Origin: an uncultured Oscillospiraceae bacterium
GTDB taxonomy: Bacteria > Bacillota > Clostridia > Oscillospirales > Oscillospiraceae
Direction: 5' to 3'
DNA: 37,260 nucleotides
Assembly (NCBI GenBank): GCA_959022875.1
Contig: CAUFAM010000001.1
Coordinates: 1 to 37,260 of the forward strand
In this document: positions 7,223 to 16,500 of the stretch, piece by piece
Position numbering within the stretch: position 1 is the stretch's first letter
How the letters are laid out: every line of letters starts with the position of its first letter
Position numbers and translations under genes: made by a program
The notes under the pieces: generated by a model
The model's database searches: none
Seen by the model: only the letters and a program-made list of their open reading frames with translations
What the model was told of the DNA's origin: nothing

Positions 7223-8215
7223 TTAAGGCTCCTCTTCAGTGGCGCCGAAGATCTCATCCAGCATGGACTGCACCTCGGTGTCCTCAGCCACAGCCATGCC
7301 GTCCAGCTTTGCCTTGTCCTCCTTGGACATCAGGCCGTCGGCCTCAGAAGTGGCCTTCTCATAGGTGGTGTCCTGACCGGGGATGCCCAGCTTGGTGATA
7401 TCCTCCTTGGTCACGTCGTCGCCCAGCACCACATGGCCACTGGCGTCGCTGCCCACTTTCTTGAATCCGGCCTCTACGGCGGAGCCGGCGGGGTGGGTGT
7501 AGACCACGGTCTCCTGGCCGTTGATCTTGATGTTGCCATTGATCTCGGACTTCTCCACCTTGGTCGCGCCCTGGGCGATGCCGGCCATGGCGGCGGTGAT
7601 CTTGCCCTCGATGGCGGCCATCACGGTGGCGTAGTCGTCCTCCTCACCGCCGATACCGGCCGCGATCTCATTGAGCTTGGCGATGGCGGCGTTCATAGCG
7701 GAAGCGTCGTCCGGGTGTTCCTGAATCCAGGCGGCAATCTCAGTCAGGGTGTTCAGGGACTCCTGGGCGTCCTCGGGAATCAGCTGCTTGGTCAGCTCCT
7801 CGTTGGCGATGGTGCGGGCACTCTTGCCGGCGTCGCTGCCGATCAGGGTGTCCACATCCGCCTTGGCGGCCTTGGCGGCCAGAACGGCAGTCAGGGCGGA
7901 GTCCAGGTCGGCCTCAGACACCTGAGCCTTGTAGGCCAGGGCAGCCAGACCCTTAATAGCCACATCCTTGCCGTTGACGGAGAGTGTGCCGTTGGCGGTG
8001 CCGGTTGCGATCAGAATGTCCACCATCTTTTCCGCGATGGACAGGGCGGTGCCGTTGACCTTGACGCCCTCCAGGACGTTGGCCTGGCCGCCCGCGCTCT
8101 CCAGCGTGTCCACTCGGTCGGACAGGGCTGTCATCTTGGAGTCGACCTTACCGATCTCGCCCTTGGTGCGCTGGGCCAGCATCTTCAGCTGGTCAAGAGT
8201 AGTGTGCTTAGACAT
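7223..8215 (-). CDS. Fibre-like structural protein (330 aa)
   Basis: AAGGAGG RBS; NVLEGVKVNG, SLNTLTEIAAWI, YTHP and ADGLMSKEDKAKLDG segments typical of phage head/tail fibre proteins. Confidence 0.7.
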   Translation of the reverse strand: MSKHTTLDQLKMLAQRTKGEIGKVDSKMTALSDRVDTLESAGGQANVLEGVKVNGTALSIAEKMVDILIATGTANGTLSVNGKDVAIKGLAALAYKAQVSEADLDSALTAVLAAKAAKADVDTLIGSDAGKSARTIANEELTKQLIPEDAQESLNTLTEIAAWIQEHPDDASAMNAAIAKLNEIAAGIGGEEDDYATVMAAIEGKITAAMAGIAQGATKVEKSEINGNIKINGQETVVYTHPAGSAVEAGFKKVGSDASGHVVLGDDVTKEDITKLGIPGQDTTYEKATSEADGLMSKEDKAKLDGMAVAEDTEVQSMLDEIFGATEEEP

Positions 8216-8242
8216 AGATATGTCCTCCTTAAATATATTTGT

Positions 8243-8776
8243 TTACGGCTCGTCGCCGAAAACATCGTCAAGAACGTCCTCCACCTCTTCGTCGGTGGCC
8301 GTATTCCCCGGGTGCTCCGGGTCGTCCGGGGGCGTCCAGTCGGATGCGAACGCGTCGTCCAGGGCTGCGTCCACTTCCTCGTCCGTAGCCGTGTTCTCTC
8401 GGATGACTTCCAGAATCTGAGCCCGTATGTCTCCTCCGGAATGAGAGGGCGGAACCAGCTGGGCTGCATCGACAGCATACATGATGCGGCTGGTCAGGCA
8501 CCATACGGTATCTTTTTGCTCCGCGCCCTTGACGCCGGACACGCCGATGTGAAGACTGACCCCCGCCTGCTTCAAACACTCGGCGGGGATGATACAACGG
8601 TCGTCCGTCAGCTTCACGGACAGCTCCACGCTGCCGGCCTTGAAAATGGCCGTTTTTGTGTAGCCATCCCAGCTTTTATCAAAGAGGAACTCCACGATGT
8701 AGAGGGTTTCGGCGTTCTGCACCAGGCTCTCATCCTTGAGCATATGGGCATAGGTTTCTTTGACTGCGATTTCCAC
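8243..8776 (-). CDS. Baseplate upper protein-like (BppU N-terminal-like) adaptor
   Basis: GTG at 8776 with AGGAGG RBS; F.FDKSWDGYTKTAIF...C.IP.E.L...G...IGV.G pattern; two acidic C-terminal repeats. Confidence 0.55.
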   Translation of the reverse strand: MEIAVKETYAHMLKDESLVQNAETLYIVEFLFDKSWDGYTKTAIFKAGSVELSVKLTDDRCIIPAECLKQAGVSLHIGVSGVKGAEQKDTVWCLTSRIMYAVDAAQLVPPSHSGGDIRAQILEVIRENTATDEEVDAALDDAFASDWTPPDDPEHPGNTATDEEVEDVLDDVFGDEP

Positions 8777-8789
8777 GGGCCGCACCTCC

Positions 8790-10097
8790 TTACTGAATAG
8801 CCCCGTTGCCGGACAGCTCGAACCGGATGAGATGAACCGTCAGATCCATCGCCGGGTCGGTGTCGCAGGTAAACATGAGAAAGCCGGAGGCGGTGATGTC
8901 CTTTGGCTGCACGTTGCAGTCGATGAACTCCTCCTTGCAGGCCTCCTCCGCAGTGAGAAAATATTTGTGCGTGCCAAGCGCCAAAAGCCGGCTGTCGGCA
9001 ACGGTGACGCCCCCGTCCTTCCACCCGTTCTTGGGGATGACCAGGTCAAAGGAGATGCCCAGCACGTCCCCCGCGCCCGTTCCGTTCCGGCCGTTGTAGA
9101 CCGAGATGTTGTACGAGGACCCGTCTGTCAGATGCACGGTGTAAACGTCTGTGCTGCCGGGGGAGTGGTCGCCCTCGGTCAGCTGGATGTCCTCGATGCC
9201 CACGCCAATGGGGCCCTGCAGCTCGCAGCTGATTTTTGTGTCGTAGTATGCGCCCGTCTCCGCGTCCCAGATCCACCAGGTTCCATTTTGAGGCTTGGGC
9301 GGTTTCCCACTGTACTGTTCTGCCCTGGAAGCGCTCTCCGCGGCGTTTCCGGCGCTCTCTTCCGCGGCAGTCTTGGCCTGTTCCGCAGCCAGTTTGGCAT
9401 TCTCGGCGTCCTCTTTGGCCTGCGCGGCGGAGAGGGCGTCGTCTTTGGCGCTCTCTTTGGCGGCCAGAGCCTCGCCACTTGCGGCCTCGGCGTCCTCCTT
9501 AGCCCCCAGCGCGGCGGTTTCCGACTCCTTGGCGTTGGTCTCGCTGAGCTTGGCTGCCGCCTTTGCCTCCTCGGCGGCCTCTTTGGCGGCTTGAGCAGCC
9601 TTCGCATTTGCCGCTGTCTGGCCGCCCAGAGTTTCTACCTCGTTCTTGACATTCTTGATCCGCTCCTCGGCGGCTTTTGCCTCGGCCGCGCTGAACGCGG
9701 CGGCATTCCTGAATTCTTCCGCCTCCCGGGCCTTCTGGATCGCCGCCTCCGCCGAATCAGCCGCATTGGTCTCCGACTCCTTAGCACGGCTTGCCGCATC
9801 GATGGCGTTGTCAGAATACTGTCCCGCCTGGGTCTCAGAGGCCTTGGCCCGTTCCTCGGATGTTTGGGCGTCTTTGGCGGAATCCAGGGCTTCCTCCGCC
9901 TTTTGAGTGGCGGTGGCCGCCTCAGTCTTGGCCTTCTCGGCGGAGGCGGTGGCAGAGTCCTTGGCCGTGGCCGCAAACTCCATCGCGCTGGAGGACTCCT
10001 TGTTCATAGCGGCCAGGGCGTCGTGGATGGACCCGCGCACCTCCTCGCCATATATAGCCTCCAGTATTTTCTTTAGATAACTGCTGATGTCGGCCAA
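8790..10097 (-). CDS. Tail fibre protein with long Ala/Glu-rich coiled coil
   Basis: N-terminal AIYGEEVRGSIHDAL; about 230 aa of AxxSExNA-type heptads; NGTWWIWD and short collagen-like GPIG; C-terminal beta domain. Confidence 0.7.
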   Translation of the reverse strand: MADISSYLKKILEAIYGEEVRGSIHDALAAMNKESSSAMEFAATAKDSATASAEKAKTEAATATQKAEEALDSAKDAQTSEERAKASETQAGQYSDNAIDAASRAKESETNAADSAEAAIQKAREAEEFRNAAAFSAAEAKAAEERIKNVKNEVETLGGQTAANAKAAQAAKEAAEEAKAAAKLSETNAKESETAALGAKEDAEAASGEALAAKESAKDDALSAAQAKEDAENAKLAAEQAKTAAEESAGNAAESASRAEQYSGKPPKPQNGTWWIWDAETGAYYDTKISCELQGPIGVGIEDIQLTEGDHSPGSTDVYTVHLTDGSSYNISVYNGRNGTGAGDVLGISFDLVIPKNGWKDGGVTVADSRLLALGTHKYFLTAEEACKEEFIDCNVQPKDITASGFLMFTCDTDPAMDLTVHLIRFELSGNGAIQ

Positions 10098-10113
10098 ATC
10101 AACTCACCCCTTC

Positions 10114-10485
10114 CTAATCCACCAGCATCCAGTCAATCGCCAGAATCTCTTCCCCCGACAAATTTCCAACGGCGTCGTCATACTTCGCCATCATCAGCTC
10201 CACCTCATGCTCCATTTCATTGAACGGGGCCAGCTCGTCGCAGAACTGCTGAAAGTTGGGGGAATCCATCTTGAGCATATAGGTCGGCGCGCCCCTCTCA
10301 TCCTTTCCCGCCTCGCCATACTTCTCAATGAGGCTTAGCCGAATCGTGTCAAATTCCACGATGGAATTGGAGAGAAAGCGGTAATTCCGAGCGGCCACAT
10401 ATCCGATCTTGTCCCGCCGGGCAAGCAGGGGCTTGAGCGACTTCAGATATACGAGCACTTCGGAATTTTTCAATTTTTTCTTCAT
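10114..10485 (-). CDS. Phage hypothetical protein (DUF1617-like tail-region protein)
   Basis: ATG at 10485 directly after the Tal stop; R..LIEKYG...E.G pattern. Confidence 0.55.
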   Translation of the reverse strand: MKKKLKNSEVLVYLKSLKPLLARRDKIGYVAARNYRFLSNSIVEFDTIRLSLIEKYGEAGKDERGAPTYMLKMDSPNFQQFCDELAPFNEMEHEVELMMAKYDDAVGNLSGEEILAIDWMLVD

Positions 10486-10492
10486 AACGGCA

Positions 10493-12760
10493 TTATTCTC
10501 CTGTTCCAAAATCCAGACCTCGGACGGTCGCACCGCTGAAATCCACATGTCCCTCAAAGTAAACGACACCGCCGCTGCCTCGGCTGCCGATCGTGATATA
10601 GCCTCCGCAGGGGCTGTAAATGTTAATGTAGGGGGCATCCCCCTCGTAATACTCGATGGTCAGCATGTGGAACCGGCTGTTTCCATAGGGACCGTAGAGG
10701 TTGAAGCTCCCAAAGTCGCTCCCGGCGATAATGTTGAACTCCTCGCCGTAGAACTCTCCGCCTTCGATGACCGGGGAACGGATCGTGGTCTGGTCGATGT
10801 AGGTGCTCTTAATGTAGCCGGGCATCTCGATGGAGTCTGCCAGCTTGTACGCCCGGTCGGCCCGGGAGTACGCGTCGTCGGCGTAGTCATAGGCCTCGTC
10901 CGCCAGATTGTAGGCGTCGTTGGCCATGGAATAGGCCGGATTGGAATTGATGTTCTGGTTGCTTACCTGGGCCCAGTTGATGCTACTCCCGGCGCCCATG
11001 GTCACGCTGCCGTTGATGGTGACAAGGCCGTTGGGGTTCACGGCGAACGTCACCACCCCCGTGCTCTTGTTGGTCACCCTCAGGCCGTAGAGGTCCAGAT
11101 AGTCCGCCTTGAACTTGTCGCCCGTCAGCATGCTGTTCCCATAGGGGTCCAGAAAATCCTCCGCCTGCACCACGCCCCCGAAGGAGCCCTTGGCGGCCAG
11201 CAACGTTCCGGCAAAGGTGCCCCGCCGTGCGGTCAGATTTCCCTGCTCATCCACGATAAAATTCCCGCCGATGTTGATGGAGCCTTTCTTCATGGTCAGC
11301 GTGCCCGTTTTCATATCCAGGGAAAAGTTCCCGCCGACGTCCTTGAGCACGCCTGCCCGGATCACATCGGCATTGAGCACGCCCGTATTGATGTAGTCGG
11401 CCACGATGGACCCGTCCATGGTCATGGCCAGCCCAAAAGTCTTGCCTCCATCATTGGAGTACCCAAGGCCGTTCATGTTCCACTTCCACAGCTTGTCCGC
11501 CTTGGTGTAGTCCCGCACGTTGGAGATGTAGAGCGTGTCCGAGCCGTACTCATCCCGGGTGATGGTGATATAGCCCGTAGTAGCCATATTCATGATGTGC
11601 GTAGCGTTTTCCTGGGCCTCCTTTAGGATGGAGTGGGCCTTGGGCAAGTTTTCGATCTTCTCCAGCACTGCGGCATTGGTCTGATTGTTCACGCTGGTCA
11701 GGCTGAGCTGTACCGAATCCCCCATTTTGAACCGGGTGTTCTCCGGGCGATCCAATGGAATCTCCAGTTTGGTCACCGGGAACATCCGGTCCAGGCCGTG
11801 GGGGCGGGAGATGACCCGGATCTCGTCTAACAGCTTGACCGCCTCTGTGTTTACGTCCAGATAGTGCAGATCCAGCGCGCTCAGCTCCAGCTCCAGGTTG
11901 TCGAACTGGAGGTCTGCCAGATACTCCTTGGCCTTTTCCAGAAGCGCCTCCGGGTCGCTCACATCGTCCCAGCTGACTGTCTTGGCGATCCAGCCGTAGT
12001 GCTTCACCGCCTCGTCCGACTGGACATAGAGGCTGCCGCCGTTCACACTCTCTACCGTCAGGTAGGCGTCCAGCGCCTCGATGGGGCTGTCGTCCAGCCG
12101 GCTGCCCAGCGGAATAATCACGGTGGCATACTCCGTGGAATCCCAGTTGCGGGTGAAGTCGATGAGATTGGACCCGAACTGGATGACCTGACTGCAAGTG
12201 TCAGGGTACTCCTTCAGGTAATCCAGATACCGCACCCCATCCGCCTTCCGGACCCGGAGATGGCCTCCGTAGGTTTCCACCAGAGCGTTGAGCAGCTCCA
12301 TCGTCTTCGCGTAATTGGTGTAGTAGGTGGGGAAGTTCTCGTCCACCACCGTCACCGCGCCGATGGCAAATTGCCGGTTGGCGCCGACTTTGGAGTTGTG
12401 AACGGCAATCAGCTGCTCCAGATACTCCCGAATCGATTTTCCGGCATACTCCGCCGGAGGCTGAACGGAGTCGTTGAAAAACGCCAGTTCCCCCTCACAG
12501 TAGAGCACCCGGTTGTTCCAGAAGTCCTTGCTCTCCGAAAGCGCCCGCCCCGCCCAAATCTCCTCTCCGTTTTTCTTCACGGAAATATCCGTGACCATGC
12601 GGACAATGCTGTCGTAGGCCTTGTTGGTGTGGGGAAGGGCCATCTCCAGCGACCCGGCCGCGCTGTCCTCCAGCGTCAGCTTGGGGTTGACCACCTTCAT
12701 GTCATCCAACGAGAACACATCATTGTAGATGCACACGCCGTCCGCGTAAATGCTATACAT
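10493..12760 (-). CDS. Tail-associated baseplate hub/Tal-like protein (prophage tail endopeptidase-like N-terminus)
   Basis: Position after Dit; AGSL.M.LP, I.FG.NL.D, T.IIPLG motifs; KLWKWNMNGLGYS...A.TMDG.IVAD segment. Confidence 0.75.
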   Translation of the reverse strand: MYSIYADGVCIYNDVFSLDDMKVVNPKLTLEDSAAGSLEMALPHTNKAYDSIVRMVTDISVKKNGEEIWAGRALSESKDFWNNRVLYCEGELAFFNDSVQPPAEYAGKSIREYLEQLIAVHNSKVGANRQFAIGAVTVVDENFPTYYTNYAKTMELLNALVETYGGHLRVRKADGVRYLDYLKEYPDTCSQVIQFGSNLIDFTRNWDSTEYATVIIPLGSRLDDSPIEALDAYLTVESVNGGSLYVQSDEAVKHYGWIAKTVSWDDVSDPEALLEKAKEYLADLQFDNLELELSALDLHYLDVNTEAVKLLDEIRVISRPHGLDRMFPVTKLEIPLDRPENTRFKMGDSVQLSLTSVNNQTNAAVLEKIENLPKAHSILKEAQENATHIMNMATTGYITITRDEYGSDTLYISNVRDYTKADKLWKWNMNGLGYSNDGGKTFGLAMTMDGSIVADYINTGVLNADVIRAGVLKDVGGNFSLDMKTGTLTMKKGSINIGGNFIVDEQGNLTARRGTFAGTLLAAKGSFGGVVQAEDFLDPYGNSMLTGDKFKADYLDLYGLRVTNKSTGVVTFAVNPNGLVTINGSVTMGAGSSINWAQVSNQNINSNPAYSMANDAYNLADEAYDYADDAYSRADRAYKLADSIEMPGYIKSTYIDQTTIRSPVIEGGEFYGEEFNIIAGSDFGSFNLYGPYGNSRFHMLTIEYYEGDAPYINIYSPCGGYITIGSRGSGGVVYFEGHVDFSGATVRGLDFGTGE

Positions 12761-12763
12761 CCC

Positions 12764-13525
12764 TCACAGCCTCCCCACTCTGAAATCCACCGAGACCGTG
12801 CCCGTGCCGGTGTCGCACCACAGCTCCAACGTGGCTCCCTGGCCGCCGAAGAACACAAACTCCGGGAACTGGATGGTGCCGTCGGTGAGCAGCTTCGTCT
12901 CATCCAGCCCCAGCGTTGGGTTGACAAACCGGATGTGTACGCCCCTCTGGTCTGAGCTGGTCACAAAGAACTGCGGACACACCGGAGCCCGCCCAAAGAG
13001 CGTGGCCTCCAGCCGGATGGTCCTCTTTTCAGCAGTCACGGCGATGTCCTTGAACAGAGCCGGCCGGATCACGCCATTTTGAAAGTTGAAGGGGTCCCAC
13101 AGCCAGTCGTCCGTAGAGGACAGAACCGACCACTTGTAGGGCCCCACATCATAGTCGATGGTGATGCGCGACCAGTCCTTTTCCGACTTCCAGACGTTGA
13201 CCACAAACCGCCCCTCGTAAAAATACTCCGGGTCATCCTCCAAAATCGCCCGCAGCTTCTGGCCGTGCAGATAGTCCATGATATCGGAATAGGCCATGTG
13301 CCAGGGCTTAAAGTCGTTCATCACGATAAACTCAATGGAGCCCGTCCGGTTCTGATACACCGGATACCCGGTGAGAGACTGGGATAAATCGATCACCCCG
13401 TCCCCACCGGGTATTTCCAGCGTCTTTACCTTCTGGGCCGGAGGATTGAACACGGGGCGGGAGGCGGGAACCAGCCGCCAGTCGTCCCAGGTGTTTTTAT
13501 CCCCAAAGGTAACCGAATGGTACAA
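12764..13525 (-). CDS. Distal tail protein (Dit)
   Basis: Directly after the tape measure; IPGGDGVIDLS...Y.NR.G..EF...HG......EDDP.YFY.GR pattern. Confidence 0.75.
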   Translation of the reverse strand: MYHSVTFGDKNTWDDWRLVPASRPVFNPPAQKVKTLEIPGGDGVIDLSQSLTGYPVYQNRTGSIEFIVMNDFKPWHMAYSDIMDYLHGQKLRAILEDDPEYFYEGRFVVNVWKSEKDWSRITIDYDVGPYKWSVLSSTDDWLWDPFNFQNGVIRPALFKDIAVTAEKRTIRLEATLFGRAPVCPQFFVTSSDQRGVHIRFVNPTLGLDETKLLTDGTIQFPEFVFFGGQGATLELWCDTGTGTVSVDFRVGRL

Positions 13526-13527
13526 GC

Positions 13528-16500
13528 TTAGTTCCCCCTTCCTCTGCGCGTGACCCTCTGCCCAAGGGCGTTGTCCATGGGTCCTGCCATCTCGCCCACC
13601 AGCGTGCCGGTGTCCAGAACCACACGCATCCGTTCCATTCGCTCCGTCATCTCCGCCATTTCGCTGCGAAGGGCACGGAGCTCCTCCACAATGTCGCCGT
13701 TATCCACGTTGACCACCGTTCCGCCGCTTCGGCCGGACTCAGCAAAGGCCAGGCTGGCCTGCCCGGCAAGGCCGATGGTCCGCTGGGGATAGAACAGGCT
13801 GTTCAGCTCGTCCGCCCCGCGCATTACATCGGAGAGGTCAAGCACCGGCCGGATCGTGGGCTGAGCATCCATATCCCCGCTGAGCAGCTCGGCCGCGATG
13901 GACATGGCGTTGGAAAGGCCGTCTGCGGCGTACTCCGCCACATTCGCCCCCGCGGCGTAGGACTTCTTCGCGTAGTCTGCCAGTCCCGTCACAAAGCCAA
14001 GCCCCGTAAAGTTGCGCAGCTCCCGGAAGACCCGAGAAGGAGAATTGATCTTCAGCGTGCTCTTGACCGCCTCTACGCCGGCCAGCGCCATGCTGGTCAG
14101 TTCGTCGAGGAAGGCGGATTTCGACAGGGAGACGCCCTCCGCAAGACCGGCGGGGATCTGCTGTCCCGTCTCAGTCCATCCGGCTTCCTTCAGGATCTTC
14201 GTGGCCGCCTCGGTCATTTCCCGCATCTCGGCCTCGGTGTCCTTCTTGATCAAGCCCACGTTTTCCGCGAACTCCTGCCGGAGCGACGCCAGTTGATTGG
14301 CTGTGTCCTCTTCCAACTGGGACAATTCCTCCTGCCAGGTAATGCGGTACTCCTCCAGCTCCGCTTCCGCGTCGGCCCGCAGCTGAGCGATCTGCTCCTG
14401 GGTTTCCACGCGGAGGCCTTCCAGCTCTGAGGTGGCCTGTTCCCGGGCCTGAGCGTGCTTAACGGACCAGAGGGAGACGTACTTCTCCAGCTCGTCGTCG
14501 CTCATGGAATTCAGCGCCCGGATCTCTTCGATGGCGGACGGCCCCATCTCCTGGAGTTCGGAAATCAGGTCCGCATCAACCCCCCTGGCGGAGAGCTGGC
14601 CCAGAATATCCTGCCATTCGCCGAACTCCTGCACCTGCCCCTCCAGGTTCTTCATCAGCGTATCGCTGCTGACGGTCTCCTTCTTTGTAACTTCATCGAA
14701 AAGGCCGTAGGACTGGTAGAGACTGTTGGTACGGGATTCCACCGCGTTCTGATACTGGTCATTCAGCGACTGAATATCCCGTTCCAGCTGCTCATTGACA
14801 GAGCGAACCTTGTTGGCATACTCCTGCTCCAGCTGGATGCGCTTCTGGTTGGCGGACTCCTGAACGCTCTGGACGTCGGCGATATACTGCTTCTGGGCCT
14901 CATAGATCTTCTGCTCCAGCTGATAGACCTTCAGGTCCATCTCCTCGCGCTCTTTGCTGCCCGCCGCATACCGGCTCTGAACACGCTTATAGGCGGCCAG
15001 CTCGTCCGCCAGGCTCATTCGGCCGTAGTTCTTCTCCTTCTCGATCCAGTCCATAGAATTCTGATAGGACTCGTCCACAAGCTGGTTGCGAAGGGTGTAG
15101 ACCTCCCGGTCGATCTTCTTGCGTTCCTCGCTGCCCTCCATATACCGGGACTGCATCCGCTCATAGGCGGCCAGTTCCTCCTCGGTGCTCAGCCGGTTGT
15201 AGTATTTCTCCTCCTCGATCCAGTCGAGGGAAGCCTGATAGGTGGACGCCACCAGTTCATTTTGAAGCTGATAGACCTCCCGGTCGATTTGCTTCCGCTC
15301 CTCGGAACCGGCTTTGTACTGCTTCTGAAGGTTTTCCCATCCGGCCAGCTGGTCTTTCAAACTCAGCTCGTCGTAATAGGTCTTCTCATCCACCCAGTCC
15401 TTCCAGGCGTCGATGCCTTTGTTGCTGACGGCGATAACCTCGCCGATCATGTCGGAAGTGGCCTGGGCGGCCGGGACGATGCTGTTGTCGACGCCGATGG
15501 CCAGGCCCTCACCGATGTTCTCGCCCAGATAAATGAACTCCCGGGAGGGAGAATGGCTGTCCAGGGCCTTTTTCGCCGCGTTCAGCGCGGCAAGGCCCAG
15601 ACTGCGGCCCGCGGAACTGGAGGCGCTGAACTTAGAGCGGATGCCTTTGACAAAGCCCTGTCCGGCATTTTCACCGGCAGTCTCAAACTCGGGCTTCATG
15701 CTGTTGATTTGGGATACGGCCGCAGACGCCACCGTCCCCGCTGCCGTTTTTACGGCGCCGGAAGACGATAGGATCGAAACGGCGAGATTCCGCATCATGC
15801 CCTCAACTGCGGACTCGATCACAACGACCTTTTTGTCTACAATATCCGCCATTGACTCCACAAGCGTCTCCATGACGGAGCTTGCCACCGGGATATTCGA
15901 CGTGATGGAACCACGGACGGAGGTCAGCATACTGACCACGGCGCTGTTTACGGTGCCGCCGCAGTTGTAGAAGGCGTCGGTGAATCCGGAAATCCCGGCG
16001 TCGCCCATCTTCTTCATACTGTCGGCGAATTTGGTCAGGCCGCTGGTATTGACGCCGTTTACCCCTTCCGCCAGCTCGATCAGATCCCAGACCTGGGTGA
16101 TAACGTCGGACAACTTGCCGAGGTCAATACCGGAAATCTCATTGTAGTAATCCTTCATGGAGGCGCCGAATTTGGAAATATCCGCGCCAAAGGACGCCAG
16201 CGTCTGATCCCCGCCGAACCACTGGTCGAACAGACTGCTGTCCGGAAGGCCGGTCGCCAGATTGGAAAGCGCGCTCGCAGCGTTGGCCGAGGCCGTTACC
16301 GCTTCCGGCTTCACATCCTTGATGGCCTCCGCATAGGCGGCCAGATCTGCGCCGAAGGCCGTGAGGTCGTCTCCAAAGGCAGTCAGATCGGTTCCTCCCG
16401 TAAAGAAGGAGAGCAGCCCGCCCGTATTGGGTAAGGTATTCGCCAGTTCCACCAGCGCCTGACCGGCGGAGGCGGAACTTTCCACGGCAGTGGGATTGAT

